Below, piece after piece: positions 20,940 to 30,445 of a stretch of 64,000 bases of DNA (the first letter of the stretch is position 1; each line of letters starts with the position of its first letter). The translations under genes and the position numbers were made by a program. The notes under the pieces are model-generated. The model ran no database searches, was not told the DNA's origin, and saw nothing but the letters and a program-made list of their open reading frames with translations. This DNA is from Candidatus Woesearchaeota archaeon (GTDB taxonomy: Archaea > Nanobdellota > Nanobdellia > Pacearchaeales > GW2011-AR1): contig CAYQOK010000001.1 of assembly GCA_964419155.1 (NCBI GenBank), positions 3,623 to 67,622 of the forward strand, in the 5' to 3' direction.

Positions 20940-21221
20940 TTATTTTTTGAAAATTCTTCTGAAAAAACTTTTTTTTTCAGGTTTAATATCTTCTTTTTTT
21001 AATTCTAAATAATTTTCATAAGTAATATTTGGTTTTTCTTTATTTTTTTCAGTTTCAGAATTAGATTGTTTTTTTAAGATAGTTATTGCATGATTAATTG
21101 AGGTTCTACTATATCCCTGTTTCATTAGTGCATAGTATAATCCTTCTACTTTATATCCTTTTTTAATATTTTTTCTAAGATATTCTACTATTTTTTGTGT
21201 TTGTGTATCTGGTTGTTCCAT
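20940..21221 (-). CDS. Hypothetical protein
   Basis: 93 aa, Lys-rich, possible HTH-like N-terminus. No motif. Confidence 0.25.
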   Translation of the reverse strand: MEQPDTQTQKIVEYLRKNIKKGYKVEGLYYALMKQGYSRTSINHAITILKKQSNSETEKNKEKPNITYENYLELKKEDIKPEKKSFFRRIFKK

Positions 21222-21428
21222 TTTAGTCTAATTAAGATATCAAAAATAATTGCAGCGAGTATAAAAGTCTTTCTAAACAAAAATTGTTACTTTGGAGGGT
21301 AAAATAACTTTTAGAGAAAATTCCTAATTTAATTATTTTCTTTATTAAATTAAAAGATTATTTAAAAACCAACAACTTTTTATATTATCTGATTTTTAGA
21401 TAAGTGTAGTAATTAAAAAAAGAGAATA

Positions 21429-23147
21429 ATGATTAATCCATTTATACAATTCGGTACTATAATCTTAGTAGTATTAGGAGTTTCTGTTATAATGAGGATT
21501 CTAAAACAACCCTTGATAATTGGATATATTATATCTGGAATTCTTGTTGGTCCTTCTTTTTTTAATTTAATTGGTAGTGGAGAGATGCTTAATGTTTTTT
21601 CTGAGATGGGGATTGCATTTCTTTTATTTATTGTAGGACTTCATTTATCCCCCAGAGTAATTAAAGAGGTGGGCCCTGTTGCATTAGTTACTGGAATTGG
21701 GCAGATTGTTTTTACTGCTTCAATAGGTTATATTATTGGTTTGTTTTTTGGTTTTAATCCCCTAACTTCTCTTTATATCGCAACTGCACTGACTTTCTCT
21801 TCAACAATTATAATTTTAAAATTAATCTCTGATAAAGATGCATTAGAAAAACTTTATGGAAAAATCTCTGTTGGATTTTTACTTGTTCAAGACTTTGTTG
21901 CAATACTTATTTTAATAGTTGTGTCTTCGGTTAGTTCGGGTAGTGAGGGTAATGCAGGATTATTATTTTTAATGACCTTATTAAAAGGTAGCGTGATTAT
22001 TTTTGTATTTGGTTTAATTAGTTATTATGCATTACCAAAATTAGATAGTTTTTTATCTAAATCTCAGGAATTTTTATTTTTGTTTTCTATTGCATGGGGG
22101 TTTGGATTATCAATAATTTTTCTTTATAATGGTTTTTCAATTGAAGTTGGAGCACTTATTGCAGGAATTTTACTTTCATTTGCACCTTATAGTTATGAAA
22201 TAAGTTCAAAATTAAAACCATTAAGGGATTTTTTTCTTATTTCATTTTTTGTAATTCTAGGAAGTCAAATGGTTTTTTCAGATATTAGTTCTCTTAAGAT
22301 TCCAATAATTGCATTTACATTACTTGTTGTTTTAGGAAACCCTTTTATTGTTATATTTTTAATGGGAAGAATGAAATATTCAAAAAAGACTTCTTTTATG
22401 GCTGGATTAGCTGTTGCCCAAATAGGAGAATTTTCATTGATCTTTGTTGCATTAGGAGTTAAAGTGGGGCATGTTTCACAAGAGATTCTTTCTTTTATAA
22501 CCATAATTAGTTTAATGACAATTTTTGGATGTACTTATTTGATTATGTATTCTGAATTAATTTATAAAAAGATTTCAAGATTCCTTCAGATTTTTGAAAG
22601 AAAGAATATAAAAGAAAAAGATATTCCTGAAAAGAGCTATGAATATATTTTATTAGGATATAACAGGATAGGATTTTCAATAATAAAATCATTTTCAAAA
22701 ATAACAAAAAACTTCCTTGTTATTGATTATGATCCAAAGATAGTTCAAGAATTAAAAGATCAGGGAATTGATGCTGTTTATGGGGATGCGGATGACTCTG
22801 AATTACTTGAAGACATAGGAATACATAAGGCATCTGTTATTGTTTCAACGATTCCTGAAAAAGAAACAAATGGATTAATATTAGATATATTAAAAAGAAA
22901 TAAATCACAAGCACTTGCATTACTTACTTCAAGGCAAATTAAAGATGCTCTTGATCTTTATAAAAAAGGTGCTGATTATGTTATACTCCCTCATTTTTTA
23001 GGTGGAGAATATACTGCTAAATTAATTGAATCCTTTAAAAAAAATAAAATTAAATACAAAAGTGAAAAACAAAAAGAAATTAAATCACTTTATGAAAGGA
23101 TTAAAAGAGGACACAAACACCCAAATGTTGAAAAAGAAAGGAAATAA
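21429..23147 (+). CDS. CPA2-family monovalent cation/H+ antiporter with C-terminal RCK/TrkA-N domain (Kef-like)
   Basis: About 12 TM helices in the N-terminal part. Rossmann 'ILLGYNRIGFSIIKSF...VIDYDPKIVQELKDQGIDAVYGDADDSELLEDIGI'. Confidence 0.75.
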   Translation: MINPFIQFGTIILVVLGVSVIMRILKQPLIIGYIISGILVGPSFFNLIGSGEMLNVFSEMGIAFLLFIVGLHLSPRVIKEVGPVALVTGIGQIVFTASIGYIIGLFFGFNPLTSLYIATALTFSSTIIILKLISDKDALEKLYGKISVGFLLVQDFVAILILIVVSSVSSGSEGNAGLLFLMTLLKGSVIIFVFGLISYYALPKLDSFLSKSQEFLFLFSIAWGFGLSIIFLYNGFSIEVGALIAGILLSFAPYSYEISSKLKPLRDFFLISFFVILGSQMVFSDISSLKIPIIAFTLLVVLGNPFIVIFLMGRMKYSKKTSFMAGLAVAQIGEFSLIFVALGVKVGHVSQEILSFITIISLMTIFGCTYLIMYSELIYKKISRFLQIFERKNIKEKDIPEKSYEYILLGYNRIGFSIIKSFSKITKNFLVIDYDPKIVQELKDQGIDAVYGDADDSELLEDIGIHKASVIVSTIPEKETNGLILDILKRNKSQALALLTSRQIKDALDLYKKGADYVILPHFLGGEYTAKLIESFKKNKIKYKSEKQKEIKSLYERIKRGHKHPNVEKERK

Positions 23148-23616
23148 AAAAAGTAGATATCTTGTAAAGGTTTACAGATCAAGAAGCTCTTATTTTTTTA
23201 TTTATATGATGATTATTACTCTGCTCAGTTCTCTAGGATATAGTTATTATATTGGAAAACATCCTTCAAAAATTGCTTTTATGTTATCAGGCATATTTAC
23301 TATAATTGCAATATACTCTACTGAGATCCATAGAGTAAGAGAATGGTGGGCAATAACAGAAACTTCATTAGTTCATAGTGTTAGTATATTTAATAAAAAT
23401 GTAAGGGAAGTTGATTTTTCTTCAATCTCTGATCTTGATTTAGATCAACCATTTATTAAGAGAATTTTAAATCATGGAACTGTGAATGTTAGACTTTTTT
23501 TAAACGAAACTTCTATAAAGATAATTAACATTGATGAACCAGCAAAGTTTATTGAGTTTTTACAAAAAACAATGGCAAAAAGCAGGATAAAAAAGCATGG
23601 CATACGAAAAATATAA
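23125..23616 (+). CDS. Membrane protein with bacterial-PH (bPH_2/DUF304)-like domain; start uncertain
   Basis: Two TM helices, then 'WWAITETSLVHSVSIFNKNVREVDFSSISDLDLDQPFIKRILNHGTV'. The ORF-track start at 23026 overlaps the antiporter; 23125 or 23200 are alternatives. Confidence 0.35.
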   Translation: MLKKKGNKKSRYLVKVYRSRSSYFFIYMMIITLLSSLGYSYYIGKHPSKIAFMLSGIFTIIAIYSTEIHRVREWWAITETSLVHSVSIFNKNVREVDFSSISDLDLDQPFIKRILNHGTVNVRLFLNETSIKIINIDEPAKFIEFLQKTMAKSRIKKHGIRKI

Positions 23617-24304
23617 TGGTGGTGATTTTTATCATCATGGAAGAAAATCTTCAAAAGTAAAATGGTTTATTTTCTTATGTTTTTTAGGAATCTTAACAGT
23701 CATACTTCTACCCTTGTTTTATGAAGATTTAAAATTAACTGGAAATTCAATAGATAAATTAGACAAAGAAAAAACAATTAAAATAAGCTCCTCTTTAACA
23801 TTTCCTGAAATAATTCTTGATGGATTTTATGAAGAAATAATTTTATCAATAAAACAAGGTTCTTTTGTTAATTTCGATGGTAAAAAAATACTTCTAGATG
23901 AGACTAATAATATTATTATCTTAGAGGGATTTGAAGGTTTTATTGAGTTAAATGAAAACGAAATAAAAAGATTAGATGGGAGGGTCTCTGATGTAAAGAT
24001 AAATAATATGTTTATTGATTCTGAGGATAAATCAAGATCTAAATTTTCAATTTCAAAAGATTCTGAGTATAATCTATTTAAAATTAATAAAGATGTTTAT
24101 TTAAAAGATATACATTTTTTATCTTCTGGTAGTGTTTCATTTAATGGTGATAGTTTAAAAATAAATTCTGAAAAAATAAGATTTTTAAATTATCTAGGAT
24201 CCTTAAGGGCTGAAAAAGGAAGATTATATTTAGAAGGAATAACAGAAGAGATTAGTATTGAAGGAGATTTGAGAAAAATAAAAATTAATTATCCAGAAGG
24301 TTAA
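23597..24304 (+). CDS. Hypothetical N-terminally anchored protein
   Basis: TM 'WFIFLCFLGILTVILLPLF', remainder soluble, no motif. Confidence 0.3.
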   Translation: MAYEKYNGGDFYHHGRKSSKVKWFIFLCFLGILTVILLPLFYEDLKLTGNSIDKLDKEKTIKISSSLTFPEIILDGFYEEIILSIKQGSFVNFDGKKILLDETNNIIILEGFEGFIELNENEIKRLDGRVSDVKINNMFIDSEDKSRSKFSISKDSEYNLFKINKDVYLKDIHFLSSGSVSFNGDSLKINSEKIRFLNYLGSLRAEKGRLYLEGITEEISIEGDLRKIKINYPEG

Positions 24305-25773
24305 TTATAAAAAATAAAGGGATTATTTTTTTCAAAAAAGTTTAATGCTTGATTTAATTTGTTTTTTGATTCTGAATAAAATTTTATTATTGGTTCTGAA
24401 GATTCTAATTTTTGGTTTCTATGTTTAAATAAATATAATCCAGCCCCTTTATCTTCAGGAGCTCCAGCAAGACTGGCAATAAAATTTATTTTTTTATTAT
24501 CTATTGATTTTATCTTACATTTCTTTTTAGAAAAAATTGTCTTTTGAAATTTTCCTAAACTAAACTCCTGAGGGATTTTTCCTTTTTGAGACTTAATTAT
24601 TTTTTTAAATTGTTCAAATGCTTTTCCAGATTCTAAAATTTCTTTTGCTAGTTTAATCCCTTGATTTTTTTTACAGATTCCTGATAGTTCTAAAAGTTCC
24701 CCTGATAATAAAATTGATTTTTGTTTAAGATCTTTCGGAGGGTCTTTGTTTTCTAAAACCCTTAAAATATCTATAATCTCTAAAAGAGGTCCAACTCCAT
24801 TTCCAATTGGTTCTGAACCATCTGTTAAAATACATTTAAGTTTTAGATTAAATGAATTAGATAGTTTTTCAAATTTATATTTTAAGTTAATTGCTTGAGA
24901 TTTACTTACTTTTGCTGAACTTCCATAAGGTATATCAATTAAAATAAATTTACTTCCCACTGCAATTTTTTTAGATAAAACACTTGCTAAAAGTTGGGAT
25001 TCTGGATCAATGTGTAAAATCCTTTCTATTTTAATTAATTTATCATCTGCAGGGGAAAGACCAAGAACCCCATTCCAAACAAGGCAGGCATTTGTTTTTT
25101 TAATAATTTTTTTTAATTGTTTTATTGAAAAATCTATTTTAGATATTGATTCAATAACATCTGCAGTTCCTGCTGCACTTGTAATTGCCCTCGAAGATGT
25201 TTTTGGAATAATCAGTCCTGTTGAAGAACAAATAGAAACAATGATTGGCGTTGTTCTGTTTCCTGCTACACCACCAATACAATGTTTATCTGCTACTTTT
25301 CCTTTAAAATTAAGTTTCTTTCCAGATGAAACCATGGATTTTATAAGATATTCTGTTTCTTTTAGATCCATTCCGCACTTGTAAACTGCAGAGATAAAAT
25401 AAGCTATTTCTACATCAGTAAGTGAACCACTAACAATATCCTTTATTATTAAATCTATTTTTTTTGAGTCCAATCTTTTACAATTTAATTTTTCCTGGAT
25501 ATATAATTTACTTTTAGGATCTTTTGCCATTGATATCTCAACAAAAGAATTTTTTTTAAGTTTTAAAAATTTAAAGATTTTATTGGAAACAATTACTTCT
25601 GATTTTTTAACTAATTTAGAAGAAATATTAACTACAGCAATGTCTTTTCTTGAATTTTTAGAAATCAATACTCTTTCTCCCTCTCTAATGTGGAGCTCTT
25701 TAGCTGAATCTAGATTTAAAATTGCAATAGATTTTCCAATTAATAAATCTGATTTTTTTATTTTAAATTTCAT
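24301..25773 (-). CDS. deoA: AMP phosphorylase / thymidine phosphorylase family (archaeal DeoA-type)
   Basis: 'DKHCIGGVAGNRTTPIIVSI' and 'SSRAITSAAGTADVIESI' match pyrimidine-nucleoside phosphorylase blocks. The length and N-terminal extension fit archaeal AMP phosphorylase. Confidence 0.8.
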   Translation of the reverse strand: MKFKIKKSDLLIGKSIAILNLDSAKELHIREGERVLISKNSRKDIAVVNISSKLVKKSEVIVSNKIFKFLKLKKNSFVEISMAKDPKSKLYIQEKLNCKRLDSKKIDLIIKDIVSGSLTDVEIAYFISAVYKCGMDLKETEYLIKSMVSSGKKLNFKGKVADKHCIGGVAGNRTTPIIVSICSSTGLIIPKTSSRAITSAAGTADVIESISKIDFSIKQLKKIIKKTNACLVWNGVLGLSPADDKLIKIERILHIDPESQLLASVLSKKIAVGSKFILIDIPYGSSAKVSKSQAINLKYKFEKLSNSFNLKLKCILTDGSEPIGNGVGPLLEIIDILRVLENKDPPKDLKQKSILLSGELLELSGICKKNQGIKLAKEILESGKAFEQFKKIIKSQKGKIPQEFSLGKFQKTIFSKKKCKIKSIDNKKINFIASLAGAPEDKGAGLYLFKHRNQKLESSEPIIKFYSESKNKLNQALNFFEKNNPFIFYN

Positions 25774-25794
25774 ATTACCTCTTTAATTAGCAGT

Positions 25795-26808
25795 TTAACT
25801 AAATCTTCCTTCTTTATAGAACTCTATTATTAAAAATAGATATTCTAAAGTTAATGGTCCAATAACAAGACCTACAACTCCAAAAGCATAAAGCCCTCCA
25901 ACCATTCCAATTAATGCGATTGCAGTATGCATTTTAGCCATTTTAGAAACAACTAAAGGTCTTATTAAGTTATCTACAGAACTGATAACCAAAGTTCCAT
26001 ATATTAAAAGACCTACACCACCAAATGTTTTTCCAAGTGCTAATAAATAAAATGCAGCAGGTAACCAAACAATTACAGGGCCAATAACTGGTAAAATACC
26101 CATTAAAGTTGCTAAAATACCCAATAATAATGCTTGATTTAATCCAAATATAAAAAATCCTAATGTTGCTGTTATACCTTGGGCGATTCCAGTAATTACC
26201 TGACCATATATAACTGAATTAGTTACTTGTTTAAAATGATTATAAAACCTCTTTCCTGATTCTTGTGAAAAAGGAGAGATGTTTAAAACGTATTTTTTTA
26301 GTTTCTCTTTATCTCTTAATGCAAAATAAAAAGTAAATAATATAATGGATGTTTGTAAAAAGAAAGAAGGTAAATTTAAAAATAGTTTTTGAAATCCACT
26401 TAAAACAAATTTAGCAAGGTCTGCTGTGAATGTTGTTAAATAAGCATATACTTCGGTAGACATTTCAGGAGAATTTGAAATCATTGGAAAAAATCTGCTT
26501 ATAATTGGATAAGGATCAAATCTTGTTAAAAACAAATAAAAATCAATAACCTGTCTTGAAATAAAAGGTATTAAGAAAAATAAAGGAATAATAATAACCA
26601 TACAAATAACTAAAAATATTAATGAAACAGTGAGATTTGGTTTTTTAATTCTTTTATTCACTAAATCATAAACTGGAGAGAAAATATAAGCTAATAAAAG
26701 ACCTGATACAATTGATAAGATAATTGATTTTAAAATTAAAAATGTTAGGCCTAATAAAATAAAAATTCCTAAAATAGAAATAATTTTTTTTGTTTCTTGT
26801 ATTTCCAT
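25795..26808 (-). CDS. AI-2E/UPF0118 family transporter (PerM-like)
   Basis: About 8 TM helices, 337 aa. 'LGILATLMGILPVIGPVIVWLPAAFYLL' resembles the conserved iPyiGp block. Confidence 0.6.
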   Translation of the reverse strand: MEIQETKKIISILGIFILLGLTFLILKSIILSIVSGLLLAYIFSPVYDLVNKRIKKPNLTVSLIFLVICMVIIIPLFFLIPFISRQVIDFYLFLTRFDPYPIISRFFPMISNSPEMSTEVYAYLTTFTADLAKFVLSGFQKLFLNLPSFFLQTSIILFTFYFALRDKEKLKKYVLNISPFSQESGKRFYNHFKQVTNSVIYGQVITGIAQGITATLGFFIFGLNQALLLGILATLMGILPVIGPVIVWLPAAFYLLALGKTFGGVGLLIYGTLVISSVDNLIRPLVVSKMAKMHTAIALIGMVGGLYAFGVVGLVIGPLTLEYLFLIIEFYKEGRFS

Positions 26809-26934
26809 CTATAAAATAAAGAAAAATTCTTTATAAACTTTGTTAAAGGTTCTTAAAGGATTTGAAAACCTTAATAAAAAACCTTGAAGTTAGTTTAAGA
26901 TAACATTTATAAATATATGATGTAAAAATATTTT

Positions 26935-27639
26935 ATGGATAATTTTATTAAAAAGATATTTGATAAAAAAGAAAGTGATGAATTTATGCATCTTCAATTT
27001 CAGAGATTTAGTAAAGGAAGTTTTAAAAATAGAGCACTAATAAAAGCTTCTTGTACTGCTTCTAATAAATATAAAATTCAAACGACTTTTGAATTTGCTA
27101 ATGAGATTGTTAGATTCTGTGCTGAGGATTTAGAAGATGAAAAAACAAACATAAGAGGTATTGTTGTTTCAACAAGAGATTTAACAGGAGAATTAGAATT
27201 TAAAACAAAAAAACAATATATGGGTGTTAAACAATATGGAATCGATGGTTATATGAGTGGAAAAGAGATTATTGAATTATTAAATAAATATCCTGCTGCT
27301 TTTTTTGCATTTTCATTTAAATCAAAGAATATGGAGATAAAAATAAAGGCAAAACCCCCTAAATCAAAACCAAGCACCAAGGGAGATGGGGATATAAAAG
27401 CAGATTTTTGTACAATTACAACAAATAATAAAGAGATAGCGAGAAATTTTATATTTGAATCAGATAATTTTAAAAAAGTAGAAATTATTCATACATTCAT
27501 AATAGAAGATATAATTTTACCTAAAACTGAAGAAGATATTGCAAAAATAAGAGAGCTTGCAAAAAGAAAAGGAAAAATTATAAGAAACTCAAATATTGAT
27601 GGAATCCAAAAAGAGAGTCAAATAGAATTCTTAGCTTAG
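26935..27639 (+). CDS. Hypothetical protein
   Basis: 234 aa, soluble, no motif. Stop codon abuts the repeat element. Confidence 0.3.
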   Translation: MDNFIKKIFDKKESDEFMHLQFQRFSKGSFKNRALIKASCTASNKYKIQTTFEFANEIVRFCAEDLEDEKTNIRGIVVSTRDLTGELEFKTKKQYMGVKQYGIDGYMSGKEIIELLNKYPAAFFAFSFKSKNMEIKIKAKPPKSKPSTKGDGDIKADFCTITTNNKEIARNFIFESDNFKKVEIIHTFIIEDIILPKTEEDIAKIRELAKRKGKIIRNSNIDGIQKESQIEFLA

Positions 27640-27712
27640 AGGCATCGGCTTTGTTTAATAAGTCCTAATTAGTCCATACTTTTTAAACAGCCACTACTTA
27701 TTAAACAAAGCC
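27638..27712. repeat. 9-bp 'agaggcatc' followed by a perfect 16-bp inverted-repeat hairpin (GGCTTTGTTTAATAAG, 34-nt loop, CTTATTAAACAAAGCC)
   Basis: Read directly: arms at 27647-27662 and 27697-27712 are exact reverse complements. The 9-mer at 27638-27646 recurs at 29314-29322. Confidence 0.7.
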
Positions 27713-27760
27713 GTAATTAATCTACCAAATCTATTTAAATAATAAAAAATCAATATTTTT

Positions 27761-28900
27761 ATGAAAATAATCCATGTATGCCCTTTTTCTTCAGGAGGGT
27801 GCGGGGTTTGGGCAAGAGCAAAACAAGAATCATTAGAATTAATAAAAAAAGGCCATGAAGTTTTTGTTTTTTCATCTAATTTAGATAAAGGGACTAATGA
27901 AATTGTCTCAGATTATGAAAATTTAAAAGGAATATTTATTTATCGATTTCCTGCAAAAAAATTAGGTGGCGAAAGCTTTATGGATTGGCTTTCAAAAACC
28001 GCAGAAGAAAAAATAATGCAAATTTCTCCAGATATAATAATTACCCATAATTATAGGCATATTCATACAACCAAGTCCTTAAAAATAAGAGATAAATTAA
28101 CAAAAAAAATTAAAAAATGTAAAATATTTTTAGTAACTCATGCCCCCTTCCCAGAAAAAAATATAACTAGAAGTTTTTTGCAAAAAATAATTGTTTATTG
28201 TTATGATAAATTTATTGGTCCAAGAACGCTAAATAAATTTGATAAAATTTTAGCAATCTCTAATTGGGAAATTCCATTTTTAATAAAATGTGGAGCAAGA
28301 AAAGAAAAAATTATTTACATTCCCAATGGAATTCCTAATGAGTTTTTTAAATTAAAAAAACAAGTAAAAACAGAAAATAAGATAATATTTTTAGGAAGAG
28401 TTGCACCAAAAAAGAAAATAGAAACAATTCTTAGATCTTTTAAATATCTCCAAGATAAAGAAATATTTTTAGAAGTAATCGGGCCCGTTGAAGATAAATA
28501 TTCAAATTATCTTCAGAATCTAATTAAAAAATTAAAAATAGAAAAAAGGGTGAAATTTACTGAGGCGATTTACGATTTAAAAAAGAAAATAGAAAAATTA
28601 GATTCTGGAAAAATTTATATTTTAGCATCAATGGTAGAGGGAATGCCCCAAGGATTAATTGAAGCTATGTCTCGGGAAATGATAGTTATTGGAAGTGATA
28701 GTTTAGCTATTCGGGATATAATCACAAATCATGAAAATGGTTATTTATTTCAATTTGATAACCCTCAAGATTTAGCAAAAAAAATAGATTTAGCATTAAA
28801 AGAAAATAAAATAAATAATCAGATAAAAATAAATGCAAAAAATTTTGTAGAAAAATTCAATTGGGGAAAAATAATAAACTCTATAAATAGATTATTTTAA
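27761..28900 (+). CDS. Glycosyltransferase family 4 (GT-B)
   Basis: C-terminal 'ASMVEGMPQGLIEAMSREMIVIGSD' is the GT4 E-x7-E region. 'FLGRVAPKKK'. Confidence 0.75.
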   Translation: MKIIHVCPFSSGGCGVWARAKQESLELIKKGHEVFVFSSNLDKGTNEIVSDYENLKGIFIYRFPAKKLGGESFMDWLSKTAEEKIMQISPDIIITHNYRHIHTTKSLKIRDKLTKKIKKCKIFLVTHAPFPEKNITRSFLQKIIVYCYDKFIGPRTLNKFDKILAISNWEIPFLIKCGARKEKIIYIPNGIPNEFFKLKKQVKTENKIIFLGRVAPKKKIETILRSFKYLQDKEIFLEVIGPVEDKYSNYLQNLIKKLKIEKRVKFTEAIYDLKKKIEKLDSGKIYILASMVEGMPQGLIEAMSREMIVIGSDSLAIRDIITNHENGYLFQFDNPQDLAKKIDLALKENKINNQIKINAKNFVEKFNWGKIINSINRLF

Positions 28901-28901
28901 A

Positions 28902-29160
28902 ATGATTTCAATAATTATAACTTCGTATAAAGAACCTAATAAAATTGAACTAGATAAAACAGCAGTTGCTAAAGATTTAAGTCTTGAACCCTTAAATGGC
29001 TTTCTTGTTTGCTAAAGACAGAAATTCAGCATTAGAAAGAATAAGAAAACTCGCTAAGGAAGATAGATATTATCGTTGTAAGTCTGTTCGTCTTAATAAA
29101 AAACAAGTTCCGCACAGTTCTGGGTGGAAAACTTGGAAGATTGTAAAGCAAAAATCTTGT
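28902..29160 (+). pseudogene. Remnant of a GT2 glycosyltransferase gene (N-terminal 37 codons, then out-of-frame C-terminal-like piece)
   Basis: 'MISIIITSYKEPNKIE' closely resembles the N-terminus 'MKISIIITSFKESHLIS' of the GT2 at 62615-63529, then hits a stop. A second short frame follows. Confidence 0.35.
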
Positions 29161-29279
29161 TAATACCATTTTCTAAAAATAATAAATGATTTTTAAGTTC
29201 GGAGCAGTTAATAATTTTTTTTTAAAAAATAATATTTTATTTAAACAAAAGAAATTTTTATCCCAAAACTTCTTTACGA

Positions 29280-29322
29280 CTTATTAAACAGAAAGGAATT
29301 ATTAAACAAAGCCAGAGGCATC
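29280..29322. repeat. Partial tandem copies of the right inverted-repeat arm (CTTATTAAACAG / TTATTAAACAAAGCC) followed by 'agaggcatc'
   Basis: Read directly. Mirrors the element at 27638-27712, so the two sites bracket the GT4 gene and GT2 remnant. Confidence 0.6.
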
Positions 29323-29455
29323 AAAAGCTTTATAAATACCTTATTTCTTTGAATATTATAAGTTTCTGATAGCAGTCACTTGTGGACAGGCTCAGGAACA
29401 TGTCTTAACTAGAATTGTTAAGAGTGTTTTCTATCAGAAATAATAAGATATTAAA

Positions 29456-30445
29456 ATGACAAACAGAAATTCTCCTAGAAGAGGAAGTTTGCAGTTTTGG
29501 CCAAGAAAAAGGGCAAATAAACTTGTTCCTAGAGTGAACTGGGTTAATGTTATATCAAGATTAGATCTGCAAGAAAATAAAAGTTCTTGTAATTTTTTAG
29601 GTTTTATTGGGTATAAGGTTGGAATGAAATCAGCATATGTTAAAGATTCTACTCCTCATTCAATGACTAAAAATAAAAGAATTGTCATTCCAATTACAAT
29701 CATTGAATGCCCTCCAATGAAAATTTTTTCAATAAGATTATATAAGGATAATAAAGTCCTTACAGAGATTATTAATTCTAATTTAGATAAGGAATTAAAG
29801 AGAAAATTAAAGTTACCAAAAAGTTATAATACTAAAAAGAAATTAGAAGAATTAGATTCTAAGACAGATATTTATGATGATTTAAAGGTTATTGTTTATT
29901 CAGTATCTAAAAAAACTTCTATAAAAAAAACTCCTGATTTAATTGAAATTGCATTAAATGGATCAAAACAAGAAAAATTAGAAATAATAAAACAAAACCT
30001 AACCAAGGAAATTTCTAGTTCCGATATATTACAAAAAGGATTAGTAGACATAAGGGGGATAACAAAAGGATTTGGAACTCAGGGCCCTGTTAAAAGATTT
30101 GGTGTAAAACTAAGAAACCATAAGTCAGAAAAAGGAAGAAGAGGTCCTGGGAGTATTGGTCCATGGCATCCTTCAAGAGTTAGTTTTAGAATTCCAATGG
30201 CTGGTCAAACAGGTTATTTTACTAGGGTTTGTTTTAATGGTCATATTTTAGAATCAAAGAAAATATCTGAAAAAGATATTAATCCCAAAGAAGGTTTTAA
30301 AAATTATGGAAAAATAAAAACAGAATATATTTTATTAAATGGTAGTGTTCAAGGACCTTCAAAAAGGCAATTAGTTCTTACAAAGGCATATAGGCCAACA
30401 AAAAAACAATTAAAAAAGCAATATGAGGTTATAGAGATAAGATGA
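29456..30445 (+). CDS. rpl3: Ribosomal protein L3
   Basis: 'SPRRGSLQFWPRKRA' N-terminus and 'FTRVCFNGH'. Confidence 0.9.
   Translation: MTNRNSPRRGSLQFWPRKRANKLVPRVNWVNVISRLDLQENKSSCNFLGFIGYKVGMKSAYVKDSTPHSMTKNKRIVIPITIIECPPMKIFSIRLYKDNKVLTEIINSNLDKELKRKLKLPKSYNTKKKLEELDSKTDIYDDLKVIVYSVSKKTSIKKTPDLIEIALNGSKQEKLEIIKQNLTKEISSSDILQKGLVDIRGITKGFGTQGPVKRFGVKLRNHKSEKGRRGPGSIGPWHPSRVSFRIPMAGQTGYFTRVCFNGHILESKKISEKDINPKEGFKNYGKIKTEYILLNGSVQGPSKRQLVLTKAYRPTKKQLKKQYEVIEIR

Noticed and set aside
25010-25384. 124-aa plus-strand ORF inside AMP phosphorylase
   Set aside because: Embedded in the opposite strand of a gene with clear phosphorylase motifs, and has no signature.
27647-27712. Hairpin right after the stop of 26935-27639 read as an intrinsic terminator
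   Set aside because: No downstream T-tract, and archaeal termination relies on oligo-T. The arms recur 1.6 kb away together with the same 9-mer, so a repeat or recombination element is the better reading. It is kept as a repeat, not a terminator.
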